From the human T2T-CHM13v2.0 reference genome, Homo sapiens, in assembly GCF_009914755.1 (NCBI RefSeq), contig NC_060933.1: 64,000 nucleotides of DNA; one strand, given 5' to 3'. The notes beneath the pieces are model-generated. The model had not been told where the DNA came from, ran no database searches, and was given only the letters and a program-made list of their open reading frames with translations. Numbering within the stretch: position 1 is the first letter of the stretch; each line of letters starts with the position of its first letter. Below, piece after piece: positions 48,663-62,638 of this stretch. The position numbers were made by a program, and so were the translations under genes.

Positions 48663-49973
48663 TAACCTTGAACTGGTAGGATTTTTTTTGACGGTAGGAT
48701 TTTTTTTGACAGGAAGAAGTAAGGAAAAGAGCAATATGGATGTTTAAAAATGAGAAGGTGAGAATCTTATAGATGAGTAGGTCTCTGGTACAGAAGTCTT
48801 AGTGGAGAGTTGGTACTGGAATCCTGGTCTAAGGTATTAGGTTTTAATTTGCTAGACAAAGAAAACTCAAGCAGTGCTGTCTAGGAGTGTTATGTAAGCT
48901 AGATTGGACTTTAGAGTCAGGAGACCATGCGGGAAGATACTGTGTGATAAGGGCCTGAAACATGTTGGTTACAGTGAGACTAGAAATGGGATAAATCCAG
49001 AGCTGTTTCACCAGTAGACTTGCCTGAATATCCTGTCTGACTGAGTATGGATCAGAAAGAAAAGAAGGGGTGATGGGAAACAAGCCTAGATTGACTAGAG
49101 AAACCTAGAAATAGAAAAATCGGGAAGGCAAAGTGATTTGGATGATAATGCCATATATTCAGTTGTCCCTGGTGGCCAGATATTATAGTATAGATATTAT
49201 ACAGGCAAAGAAGAACAGAGGGATAGAGTGTGAAGGTACAGATTTTGAGTTTAAGCACATTAGGGGGCTTAGTGTTCTGGATGAAGAAAACATATAAAAG
49301 TTATTGTATGTTAGGTATTGTTTGCAAAAGAGTAGAAAATGGAGAAATAACCCAGTGGGTTAAAGAAGAAACGGACTAAATAAACAAACCTGAGTAAGTT
49401 GTTCCTAAATTTTATTTTAGAGACAATTCCTCATTTTGCTTTAGTTTTCTCAATTATTGCCTCACTTTTCTGTTTCTTTCTGTGTCAGCATACATGGAAA
49501 AAGGAGTTAATTTTAGATTCAAAACAAAAACTGGAAAAAAAAAGTCTGAAATGGGTAATACCTAGGACCTAGTATATATGTGTTATTAAGGCTCTATCCC
49601 TGAATTTTTAATGCAGTTATCTATTTTTCATGGATTCTTTGTTTATTCCCCATAAGGAACACCTGGGTTTGGAGAGTGGGAAGGTAGATGAGAAAACCCA
49701 AGTGACAAATAATGTTTAGTTTATTATTAGAACCAACTATGAGTTGTGACCCTTATCTTCTGCACTGGGAATTACAGATTTTTTCAGGGTTTTTCTAACA
49801 TGAAAAGAGTTTATTGGTGTAGGAAAACATCTGGTTCCAAAATATAGATCATCCTTCTTGAGCTTTAATTTTTAAAGCCTTTTTTGTCTCATACTGGAGT
49901 TTATTGTACCCCTTAAAAATATTAAGTCACATATTTAACCTGTTAAAAGCAAAAATCATTATAAAAATCTTTA

Positions 49974-50263
49974 GGCTGGGTGTGGTGGCTTATGCTTGTA
50001 ATCCTAGCGCTTTGACAGGCCAAGGTGGGTGGATTGCTTAAAACCCAGGAGTTGTAGACCAGCCTGGGCAACATGGTGAAACCCCATTTCTGCAAAAAAT
50101 ACAAAAAATTAGCCAGGCATGGTGGCATGTACCTGTAATCCCAGCTACTCGAGAGGCTGAAGTGGGAGGATTGCTTTAGCTTGGGAGTTCAAAGCTACAG
50201 TAAGCCATGATTGTGCCACTCTACTCCAGCCTGGGCAACAGAGTGAGACCCCATCTCAAAAAA
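49974..50263 (+). mobile_element. AluJ
   Basis: Full Alu; aaaatcttta flanks. Confidence 0.88.
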
Positions 50264-50578
50264 ATTTATTCAGTTAAAATCTTTAACAATAAAGCAATTT
50301 TGAGTCGTATTTTGCGACATTCTCAATATAGTTTTCCAACTTGCATTAAAATACATTTTAAACATTTTTGAAGACTAAATTTATTTTTTTTTAACTGACA
50401 GTTATGTTTCATTTGACAGCCTTTTGCTGTATATTTTTATGTGGACTTTTAGGTATTGTAGTGATTCCTTTAATGAAGAAATAAAATAATTGTCATTTAA
50501 AAATGCATATTATTATTACCTTATGCTATAAAAATAGTTTTAAAATAGAGTATGTTTATTAAGATTTAAAAATAAGTA

Positions 50579-50863
50579 TAGTCATGCACTGCATAACAGC
50601 GTTTTAGTCAGACTGCATAAGATTACGATGGAGCTGAAAAATTACTGTCACACAAATACTTACCATTGTGTTATTATTTCGATACACTGTTCAGTACAGT
50701 AACATATATGCTGTACAGGTTTGTAGCCTAGGAGCAACAGGCTATACAGCGTAGCTTAGGTGTGTAGTAGGTTATACCATCTAGGTTTGTGTAAGTACAC
50801 TATCATGTTTGTATAACAACAAAATTGCCCAACAGCTCATTTCTCTTTATGTATCCATGACTG
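50579..50863. mobile_element. Tigger3-family MITE
   Basis: gtcatg...catgactg-ta ends; ctgtacaggtttgtagcctaggagcaa core. Confidence 0.75.
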
Positions 50864-50865
50864 TA

Positions 50866-51320
50866 TATTTTTTATTGTGGTAAAAAACACTTAACGTGAG
50901 ACCTACCTTCTTCCACAAATTTTTAAGGGTACAATATAGTATTGTTAACTGTCTGTACATTGTTATATAGCAGATCTCTAGAACTTTTCATCTTGCATGA
51001 CTAAAATTATACCCATTGAACAGCACCTCCCAATTTTCGTCTCCCTCTGACCCCTGGTAACCACCATTTTACTTTCTGATTTGATGAGTTTTACTGTTTT
51101 AGACACCTGATATTAGTGGATTCATGCAATATTTGTCCTTCTGTGACTGGCTTATTTCACTTAGTGTAATGTCCTCAAGATTCATCCATGTTGTAGTATA
51201 TGACAGGATTTTTTTTAAGGATACATAATATTTGGTTGTATGTATATTACCACATTTATTTTATCCATTCAACTGTCCTGGACATTTAGGTGGTTGTTAG
51301 TGTCTTGGCTGCTGTGACAA
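50866..51320 (-). mobile_element. L1MB 3' end fragment
   Basis: cagatctctagaactt...ttctgtgactggcttatttcacttag. Confidence 0.8.
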
Positions 51321-51514
51321 AATAAGTACTTTTAAAAGTCTCACATTTGCAAGTTCAATTTGAATCTTTTTTTAGTCTGCTTGTACTTCTCTTATCAAGC
51401 AAGAAAGCACTTTTCCGCTTTTCCTATTACTACTAACAGTGGAGATTAAGTATCTCATGTTTTTGGGCGTTCTAGAGCCCAACACATCACCTGTTCCTTT
51501 CCATACTACCACAA

Positions 51515-54500
51515 CTGACACTCTCTGGAAAGTGCCACCTCCCTGCAGCAGGCCAACCAGCACAAAAATAGTACATTAAACCAGCAAAGCTAAGAACCCT
51601 CAAAGAGTACATTTCACCCTCCTACCACCTCCACTGGAACAGGTGCTGGTATCCACAGCTGAGAGACCCACAGATGGTTCACATCTCCCGACTCTGTGCA
51701 GACTACCCCCCAGTACCAGCCTGGAGCCTGGTAGACTTGCTGGGTGGCTAGATTCAGAAGAGAGAGAGCAATCACTACAGCTCAGCTCTCAGGAAGCCAC
51801 ATCCATAGGAAAAGGGAGAGAGTACTACATCAAGGGAACACCCCGTAGGACGAAAGAATCTGAACAACAACCTTCAGCCCTAGACCTTCTCTCTGACAGA
51901 GCCTACCCAAATGAGAAGGAACCAGAAAACCGACCCTGGTAGTATGACAAAACAAGGTTCTTTAACACCCCCCAAAAAATCACACTAGCTCACCAGCAAT
52001 GGATCCAAACTAAGAAGAAATCCCTGACTTACTTGAAAAAGAATTCACTAGGTTGGTTATTAAGCTAAGGCACCAGAGAAAGGTGAAGCCCAATGTAAGG
52101 ATATATATATATAAAAAAAAGATACAAGAAGTAAAGGGAGAAATATTCAATGAACTAGATAGCATAAATAAAAAACAATCAAAACTTTAGGAAATAATGG
52201 ACATACTTATAGAAATATAAAATGCTCTGGAAAGTCTTAGCAATAGAATTGAACAAGTAGAAGAAGGAAATTCAGAGCCTGAAGACAAGGTCTTCTAATT
52301 AACCAAATCCAATAAAGACAAAGAAAAAAGAATAAGAAAATATGAAGAAAGCCTTCAAGAAATCTGGAATTATGTTAAATGACCAAACCTAAGAATAACC
52401 GGCATTCCTGAGGAAGAAGAGAAATCTAAACGTTTGTTAAACATATTTGGGGGAATAATTGAGGAAAACTTCCCCAGCTTTGCTAGAGACCTAGATCCAA
52501 ATACAAGAAGCACAAAGAACATCTGGGAAATTCATCGCAAAAAGATCATCATCTAGGCACATTGTCGTCAGGTTATCTAAAGTTAAGATGAAAGAAAGAG
52601 CTGTGAAACAAAAGCACCAGGTAACCTGTAAAGGAAAACTTACCAGATTAACAGCACATTTCTCAGCAGAAACCCTGCAAGCCAGAAGGGATTGGAACCC
52701 TATCTTCAGCCTCCTCAAACAAAACAATTATCAGCTGAGAATTTTGTATTCAGCAAAACTAAGCTTCATATATGAAGGCAAGATACAGCTTTTTCAGACA
52801 AACAGAGAATTCACCACTACCAAGCCACCAGTGCAAGAATGCTAAAAGGAACTCTAAATCTTGAAACAAATCCAGGAAACATATCAAAACAGAACCTCTT
52901 TAAAGCATAAATATCACAGGACCTATAAAACAAAAATACAATTAGAAAAACAACAAAAACCAAAAAAACAAGGTATACAGGCAACAAATAGCATGATGAA
53001 TAGAGTGGTACCTCACATCTCAATACTAACATTGAATATAAATGGCCTAAATGCTCCACTTAAAAGATACAGAATTGCAGAATAGGTAAGAATTCACCAA
53101 CCAACTATCTGTTGCCTTCAAGAGTCTCATCTAACACATAAGGACTCACATAAACTTAAGGTAAAGGGATGGACCGAGACATTTCATGCAAACGGACACC
53201 AAATGTGAGCAGGAGTAGCCATTCTTATATTAGACAAAACAAACTTTAAAGAAACAGCAGTTTAAAAAGACAAAGAGGGACATTATATAATGAAAAAAGG
53301 CCTTGTCCAACAGGAAAGTATCACAATCCTAAACATATGCACCTAACACTGGAGCTCCCAAATTTATAAAAGAATTACTAATAGACCTAAAAAATTAGAC
53401 AGACAGCAACACAATAATAGTGAGGGATTTTAATACTCCACTGACAGCACTGGACAGGTCATCAAGACAGAAAGTCAACAAAGAAACAGTGGATTTAAAC
53501 TATACCTTGGAACAAATGGAGTTAAAAGATATATACAGAATATTCCATCCAACAACCACAGAATATACGTTCTGTTCAACAGCACATGAACTTTCTGTAA
53601 GATAGACCATATGATAGCCAACAAAATGAGCCTCAATAAATTTTAAGAAAATTAAAATTATATCAAGCACTTTCTCAGACCACAGTGGAATAAAACTGGA
53701 AATCAACTCCAAAAGGAACCTTCAAAACCATGCAGATACATGGAATAACCTGCTCCTGGATGATCTTTGGGTCAAAGATGAAATCAAGATGGAAATGTAA
53801 AAATTCCTCAAACTGAATGACAATAGTGACACAACCTATCAACCTCTGGGATACAGCAAAGGTGGTGCTAAGAGGAAAGTTCATAGCCCTAAATGCCTAC
53901 ATCAAAAAGTTGGAAAGAGCACAGACAATCTAAGGTCACATCTCAAAGAACTAGAGAAACAAGAACAAACCCAGCAGAAGAAAGAAGATCAGAGCGGAAT
54001 TAAATGAAATTGAAACAAAACAACAAAAAAATCCAAAAGATAAATGAAACAAAAAGCTGGTTCTTTGAAAAGATAAATAAAATTGATAGACCGTTAGCAA
54101 GATTAGCCAAGAAAAGAGAGAAAATCCAAATAAGCTCAATAAGAAATGAAACGGGAGATATTACAACTGACACCACAGAAATACAAAAGATATTCAAGGC
54201 TACCATGAACACCTTTACATGCATAAACTAGAAAACCTAAAATAGATGGATAAATTCCTGGAAAGATACAACCCTCCTAGCTTAAATCAGGAAGAATTAC
54301 CCTGAACAGACCAGTAACAAGCAGGGAGATTGAAATGGTAATTAAAAAATTACCAACAAAAAAATGTCCAGGACTAGACGGATTCACAACAGAATTCCAC
54401 CAGATATTCAAAGAAGAATTGGTACCAGTCTTAAAGACACTATTCCACAAGAGAGAGAAAGAAGGAATCCTCCCTAAATCATTCTATGAAGCCAGTATCA

Positions 54501-56150
54501 CCCTAATACCAAAACCAGGAAAGGACATAACCAAAGAAGAAAACTACAGACCAATATCCTTGAACATAGATGCTAAAATCCTTAAGAAAATTCTAGCTAA
54601 CTGATTCCAACAACATATCAAAAAGATAATCCACCATGATCAAGGGGTTTCATACCAGGGATGCAGGGATGGTTTAACATACACATGTGCGTAGCCAAAG
54701 CAAGACTAAGCAAAAAGAACAAATCTGAAGGCATCACATTACCTGATTTCAAACTTATACTATAAGGCCATAGTCACCAAAACAGCATGGTACGGTTATA
54801 AAAATAGGCACATGGACCAATGGAACAGAATAGAGAACCCAGAAATAAACCCAAATACTTACAGCCAACTGATCTTCAACAAAGCAAACAAAAACGTAAA
54901 GTGGAAAAAGGATACCCTTTTCAACAAATGGTGCTGGGATAATTGGCTAGCCACATGTAGGAGAATGAAACTGGATCCTCCTCTCCCACTGTATACAAAA
55001 ATCAACCCAAGATAAATTAAAGACTTAAATCTAAGACCTGAAACTATAAAAATTCTAAAAGATACCATTGGAAAAATCATTCTAGACATTGGCTTAGGCA
55101 AGGATTTCATGAACCCAAAAGCAAATGCAATAAAAACAAAGATAAATAGCTGGGACTTAATTAAACTAAAGAACTTTTGCAGAGCAAAAGGAAAAGTCAG
55201 CAGAGTAAACAGACAACCCACAGAGAAGGAGAAAATCTTTCATAATATATACATCTGAAAAAGAACAAATATCCAGAATCTACAATGAACTCCAACAAAT
55301 CAGCAAGAAAAGCAGTCCCATCAAAAAGTGGGCTAAGGACATGAATAGACAATTCTTAAAAGAAGATGTACAAATGGCCAATAAACATATGGAAAAATGC
55401 TCAACATCACTAATGATCAGGGAAATGCAAATCAAAACCACAGTGCGATACCACCTTACTTCTGCAAGAATGGCCATAATAAAAAAATCAAAAAAATAGT
55501 AGATGTTGGCATGGATGTGGTGAACACGGAACACTTCTACACTGCTGGTGGGAATGTAAACTAGTACAACCACTATGGAAAACAGTGTGGAGATTCCTTA
55601 AAGAACTAAAAGTAGAACTACCATTTGGTCCAGCAATCCCACTACTAGATATCCACCCAGAGGAAAAGAAGTCATTATACAAAAAAGATACGTGCACACG
55701 CATGTTTATAGCAGCACAATTCGCAATTGCAAAAACGTGGAACCAACCCAAATGCCCATCAATCAATGCGTGGATAAAGTAACTGTGATATATATACATA
55801 CAATGGAATACTCCTCAGCCATAAAAAGGAGTGAATTAATGGCATTCACAGTGACCTGGATAAGATTGGAGACTATTATTCTAAGTGAAAGAACTCAGGA
55901 ATGGAAAACCAAACATCGCTATGTTCTCACTCATAAGTGGGAGCTAAGCTATGAGGATGCAAAGGCATAAGAATGTCACAATAAACTTTGGGGACTCAGG
56001 GAGAAAGGGTGGGAAGGGGATGAGGAATAAAAGACAAAAATTGGGTGCAGTGTATACTGCTCAGGTGATGGGTGTACCAAAATCTCACAAATCACCACTA
56101 AAGAAGTTAACCAACACCACCTGTTCCCCAGTAACCTATGGAAAGAAAGA
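51515..56150 (+). mobile_element. L1PB (L1PB1/L1PBa-like), decayed, with internal RT deletion near 54685
   Basis: Broken ORF1/ORF2 fragments 52588-55970; 3'UTR gggagctaagctatgaggatgcaaaggcataagaatg...caccacctgttcccc. Confidence 0.9.
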
Positions 56151-57265
56151 AATGTCTCATATGTTTCTGCCTAAATTGGTCTTTAATACTTTAGCGATTC
56201 TCTTGAGTTTGGATTATAAAATAGTTTTTGGTCTTTTTGTATTTTCTGCTGTAAGCCTGTATGATTATGTAATGGTGAGTAAAATTGCTAGGCCAGATAC
56301 GCAGTTCTAGGAAGTTATGCAAAGATGTGCTTTAGTATATTATTTTCTACCTTTTTAAATTCATTTTGAGCTTGGCTTTTGAGCCTCTATTTTCCAAGGT
56401 GGGGTGTATGTTTTTATAATGTTATGCTTAGCCCTTGTGTATTTTCATCTCTGAGTTTGAAATTTGGGGTTATATTGGCAAAGGGAGGTTTGGGTTTTAA
56501 TTAGGTGACCTGTTAGAGGAAATGTTAAGCTTCTGTTTCTTTAGGGTAGACAGTGAGAGATTTATCAAGATAAAGAAGAAAAATAAATCCTAAAGTTAAT
56601 ATTCAATACATGATGATGTCACCCTTACTAAAGCCAAAGAGGGCATTATCCTATCATTCTCATCGCTAAGAACTCTTCTCCTCTTGGCACATGCTTATTC
56701 AGTTAAAGATAAGCCAAGCCTTTCTTTTGTATTTTTTTTTTAAGAGAACAAATTTACTTTGGTTTTGAGTTTTATTCCTGGCTCTGGGTAGCTTATTTTT
56801 TTGACCCTTATTTTCCCCAATTTATAAAATGAAATAGTTATCTTCACTCCCCAGGATTGTTGTGAAGAGTAAGTCAAAAGATACAATGAGGTGACTCAGG
56901 CAAAAGTACCTGGCCCTGTGTAGTGAGTACATTGTATGTGTTACATATATTCTTATTCCTGAGAATCCACGAAAGAATGAATTAAATAATGAGGACCCTT
57001 TCATCAGGGTTTTTGAGTGAGTTTTTTAAAATACAAGGTAGTAGTTTGTGTAAATACTAAATCCATTGGTACCTGTGCAGAATGTAGGAAATGGAGTTGC
57101 TAATTCCAAAAAAACAGCACATATGCTGAGGAAAGTATAATACCTAATATATATGGTTTAAGCAATGTAAAATTCCATGAATATGTTCCTTTCATCTTAA
57201 AATTTGTGATTTAAAAAACATTGATATTACTATAAAGAATTATTATTATTTCCCTTGATTTACAG

Positions 57266-57334
57266 AGTATTGTTACAATCACATTTGACGTACCAGGAAA
57301 TGCAAAGGAAGATCATCTTAATATGTTTATTCAG
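57266..57334 (+). CDS. ZNG1: ZNG1 exon 12 ([23 protein letters not shown])
   Basis: AG/GT bounded, start of CobW_C. Confidence 0.95.
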
Positions 57335-57437
57335 GTGAATGCAATTTTTAACTGATTAATGATTTATCAATGGTTTTGTTACATAGTTGTTGCTATTAGC
57401 GATGGTTGGTCTTATTAAAATATGTCACTTGATACAG

Positions 57438-57503
57438 AATCTTCTGTGGGAAAAGAATGTGAGAAACAAGGACAATCACTGCATGGAGGTCATAAGGCTG
57501 AAG
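57438..57503 (+). CDS. ZNG1: ZNG1 exon 13 ([22 protein letters not shown])
   Basis: AG/GT bounded. Confidence 0.95.
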
Positions 57504-58649
57504 GTACAGTTTACTGTTGCAGACTTTTGGACAAAGTCCTTTTCTTGGCTGTTATAAAAACTATATTTGGTTTTAAACAGAAACACTGGTTTTAGTACAA
57601 ATCATCTTTGTCTACTTTCATTTTTCTTTATTATTTTCATGACTGAAAAGGAGCTTTGGAAATCACTGCATAAGGCTTGATTTATTTGCACAACTTTCTT
57701 TAGGGTTGCAGCTAGAACAAACCTGTGTGCTTTGAAATGTTACCTTCTGCTCTCTGTTCCCAAGTACAGAGAAATAATGTTGCAAATCTCACTTCTGCTG
57801 AACATTATGCTTCCTGATGCATTTAGCAGACACTAAACATTTGTTGTACTCTAAACAAAGTTACAAAGGACTAGAAGAATTCTTGTTCTGTATTTAGAAA
57901 CCCACTCACATTACTTGATATTTGGGTATTTAAGTCATGAAAGGTATTTCTTCTAGGAAGCAGTGATTCTAAAGTGTATGCTTAACCAGTCAGTTGAGTG
58001 TCTACTCTTGTGTGTTCACAAGTGTGCACAAAGTTTTTGGTAAATTAAGAATATTATTTCAAATAAATTAATTTCATCCCCATAGGAGCCAGTTTATCAG
58101 ATAATTCGTTTCTCATTTCTGCAAATCAATACACAATGAGCTCATATTCAGATAAATTGAGCTCATATCCAGATAAATATAATAGTTTTTCTTTATTTCA
58201 ACATTGTTCATTGATTGCAACCCATTTCTAAAACAAATTATTTAATATAACCAAACTCCTTTAACTTCTCAACTTTTCCCACTAAAACTGTGAAACATTA
58301 TATAAAATCTTTAATCAATAGGATATGATACATATTTCATCATTTTGTTTCAGGTTTTGGTTGTGATAAATAACACTGAAAAACCATCCTAATATATGTA
58401 TTAACTTTATCATTAGAAAAGGGGATTGTTCAAAAAAAAATCAATACACAGAAACCTTTTTTGAAAATTAAAAACATTAAGAAACTTCTTGTAATTCACA
58501 AATAATTGGAATTAAGTAATTTTCTCAGCTTAAGAGTTTGTATTTTTTAAGTGAATATCAGTAATTAATCCATTAACATTGATGCTCTATTTCTGCTTTT
58601 AAGTTTGAACTGAGGCTGATTAATGTTCAGTCAATTCTCCTTTGAGCAG

Positions 58650-58779
58650 GGATTGGTGTCAATCAAAGACAAATCACAACAAGTGATTGTCCAGGGTGTC
58701 CATGAGCTCTATGATCTGGAGGAGACTCCAGTGAGCTGGAAGGATGACACTGAGAGAACAAATCGATTGGTCCTCATTG
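58650..58779 (+). CDS. ZNG1: ZNG1 exon 14 (GLVSIKDK...RTNRLVLI)
   Basis: AG/GT bounded; overlaps ORF 58623..58817. Confidence 0.97.
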
Positions 58780-59166
58780 GTAAGTCTCAAAGGATTCACA
58801 GTTTTGAAACAAAGTGAAAAATATATTTGAAAGGGATATCATGTGCCACTTAAACAGATTAACCATTCAGGTCCTCTTTTAAAACTAAATAAGCTTGTGG
58901 TCAATGTTTCATCTTTGTCACATTACAACGTTCGTAAAAGCTTGTTAGGACTTTTGTTCTTCTTCAATTTTAGAAAAGTGGTTAATCCAAGGACCAATGT
59001 GACTTTGATGTACTGACCTGGAAAGTTAAAGATGGAATCACTCAATTACTATTCTTTTTGTAAATTTTTAAACACCATAAAGCATTTAATGAACTGGAAT
59101 TGATAGGTGAACTGTGTCATTTTAATAAGCATAATGTAATCACGTCATATTTTGTTTTGTTTGCAG

Positions 59167-59273
59167 GCAGAAATTTAGATAAGGATATCCTTAAACAGCT
59201 GTTTATAGCTACTGTGACAGAAACAGAAAAGCAGTGGACAACACATTTCAAAGAAGATCAAGTTTGTACATAA
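59167..59273 (+). CDS. ZNG1: ZNG1 exon 15 coding part ([11 protein letters not shown]...EDQVCT*)
   Basis: AG acceptor 59165-59166, TAA at 59271-59273. Confidence 0.96.
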
Positions 59274-59306
59274 CACTAGAGGCATTTCTTATCAAAAGGA
59301 TTGGAT

Positions 59307-59683
59307 AATAAAAATAAGTTTCTACTGGGTATATTTCAAGCATTTATTTATTACTTTAGTTACGAATTCCAATATACTTTAAAATGGTATTTGTTTTACA
59401 GCATACATAAAATGTAGCAAATCAGTACTGTAAAACATTTAACATTCATACAATTATATATAATATCCTTTTTTTTAAAGAATGGTATTTCACAAAAATA
59501 TCTTTTGAAATTGGCTTTGGAGTTTACATATACTGAACATGAAAGTTTATAATAATGATGATACAACTTTCAACATTGTCATTTTTTCTTAGAACTTCAG
59601 CTGATTGCAGAGATATAATGATTACATTGTTATTAAATTTTTTTAACACAAGTAAGTGTCACCATTTTATGACATGAAATAAA
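59307..59683 (+). terminator. ZNG1 polyadenylation signals AATAAA at 59307-59312 and 59678-59683
   Basis: Canonical hexamers in the AU-rich 3'UTR; the distal one is followed by GT-rich sequence. Confidence 0.7.
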
Positions 59684-59699
59684 AGGTTATGACTGTTAT

Positions 59700-60110
59700 T
59701 GATGTTGATGTTGACGACCTGATCACCTGGCTGAAGGAGTGTTTGTCAGGTTTCTCCATTGTAAAGTTACTCTTTTCCCCCATTTCATACTGTGCTCTTT
59801 GGAAGGAAATCACTATGCACAGCCCACACTAAAGGAATGGGGAGTTGTAGTGTACTTTCTTGGGAGTGGTCTACATAATTAATTGAAATTCTTCTGCGAG
59901 GGACAGTTGTCCCTTTCGCTTTATTAGTTCGATCATTTATGTTTATCAGTGTGGACACATGAATATTTTATACTTTGGGTTACAATTTAATACTACTTTA
60001 TTTTGTTGCTCAAATTATCCCAGCTTTGACCATTGGGAACTCTTTCCGTTATCTCCTGTTCCCCCCTTTGACATACCCCCATCAATGTGGGTTTTGTGTT
60101 TTGTTTTTGA
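59700..60110 (-). mobile_element. L1MC-type 3' fragment
   Basis: gatcacctggctgaag...tttctccattgtaaagttactc...cactatgcacagcccacact. Confidence 0.6.
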
Positions 60111-61018
60111 GCGCCTCCTTATTTTTCTCCTGTATTTTTAAATAACCCCAATCCCTATTGAAGCTGGCTCTAGGAAAACTAACAATACTCCCTTTCCCAG
60201 GTCATCCGATTCCTATGCTGATGGAGGAAATTTGCCTCACATGCTGGGGGGCGCTGGGGAGGAGGCGTCTGGGATTATGTGGTTGAATAAGACACCTGGC
60301 CTGGCCCTCCTGGAGCTTAGTTTAGTAGGTCACACAAGCAGTCATTGGTAAATTTGGGATTCAAACAAATCTGTTAGGCTCAAACCTGTCTGTTATTTGT
60401 CCTCCAAGCTTCATATAAACTGAGGAGCCTTAAAGGGTAAAAACTTCAGGAGCAGCAAAGTTTCAAAAAAAGATCAGCAAGAAAGCTCTTTTCCAGATTT
60501 TATCCTGAAGGCACTAGCTACTTTAAGCTATTTTTTATTATATTTTGCCCTTGCAGTTGGCGTTTGATTTCTCACTGAACATTCATTGTCATAATTATAG
60601 ACACTATGTGACTATCAAGGGCATAATATTCTTTCATGCTGCATTTTTATTAGATGGCACCTCAAAGTTTTCCCAAGTAGGTGGGTTTTAAATTATGAAT
60701 ATATACCGTGGCATAGTATCTTACTTAGTATTTTAATAAGATTCTTATTTATATAACAAATTTTTTTTATTCCTCTGTAGTGCTACTTTAGTCTCTGAGC
60801 TAATTTTCATGAAGCCAATCTAAAAATCGTGTTACTTCTAAGGATGTGGAGCGAGTGAGATGAACAGTTGTGCTGTCATATTGCCCCTCCCCAGTGCAGA
60901 TAGTGAATGAGGACCCACTGATTTAAAGGCAACACTGCAGCCCCTTCTTGCCTCATTGAAGTCCCAAGTTTTATTACAGTAAAAGCACTTAATGTTGACA
61001 TTTCTGAAAGAATGAAGA

Positions 61019-61460
<442 letters not shown>

Positions 61461-62406
61461 TGAATTGGTTATAAAGGATGAAGAAAGGAAGGAGGAAAGG
61501 GAGAGAGAGAAGCCCTTATAGAGTGGGTGCATTTCTTGTATGTGGGGCCACTTTGTAAGAACAGGATTTTTCAAACTGGGCCCATACTGGTATGTGTGAA
61601 ATCAATTTAGTTGGTTATGGCCATTTTTTTTTAAAAGGAAATATCAGTGATCACTATAGTGTAAGTATATTGTTTCGTGAAACCCATCTTAGTTATGTAT
61701 TATGTCTGTATGTGTGAGATTGTGATATAAAATGTATTTCTGTGGTTAAATATTCAAAGAAATTGGAGAACCATTGCTACAAGGGGACAGAGGACTCCGT
61801 GTGAGCTCTCCTGCCTTCCCTGAGTAAACTTACACAATTTAGTGCTGGGACATTTGAGCCTTTTCTGAAAATTTGAGTCAGGGAGAGCATCTTGGGGAGG
61901 TGGGAAGGAAGGTAGAAGGAGCAAAGCAACACCCCCCTGAAGCCTGGGAATATTGTCAGAACCTTAAATATAATTCAGCTCACCATTCTGGGTAAGGACA
62001 GACTCTACCAATGAAAATGGGTGATTACCAGCTGTGAAACACAAAAACATACTTTTACGGTTACACATTCCTTTACAAACAACCGTGTACATTTCAGCCT
62101 CCTGCCCCACCATTTCTTTTCTCCAGGCGGGAAGGCTGCATGTTGAGGTGGTCATAGAATGTTGAGTATCATACTTTCCTACCTCGCTTTTATTTGCGCG
62201 GGTTTAAATGCGCCTTAACAGAACCCGTGCAAAGGCTTGCCAACTGTCTGGCTGCACCGGATGAGTAGAGCATCTTCCTTGGTGGCAGGTGGGTGCGAGG
62301 AGGAGGGGGCTGGGCTTTTCTCCGGACGGGTGTTTGCCCAGAAGACCATCATCCCTGGACTACGTTAGGAGGAAGTGGCACCGCTCCGAGGTAGGGGAAG
62401 AAGGGT

Positions 62407-62457
62407 TATAAAGGGGGGAGTCCACCACACATGGTCTTGAAGAAGCTTTTATAAAAG
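62407..62457 (+). promoter_or_regulatory. TATA-like boxes (TATAAAG 62407, TATAAAAG 62450) at the edge of the FOXD4L CpG island
   Basis: Motif read about 190-230 nt upstream of ATG; TSS unknown. Confidence 0.35.
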
Positions 62458-62638
62458 GCAAAGGCATCTTTGCCGGACGTTGTTGCAAAGGAGTAGAAAC
62501 AAGCAGACGAAAACATCCCAAAGGGTAACCACTAGCGTTCCTGCTTCTTGCAACATTCATCCCAGGCTTCCAGCTCAGCCCGCCCCAGGCCAGGTGATCG
62601 GCCGCCACATCCCCTGCGACTGAAGCACCTGCTCCTCC

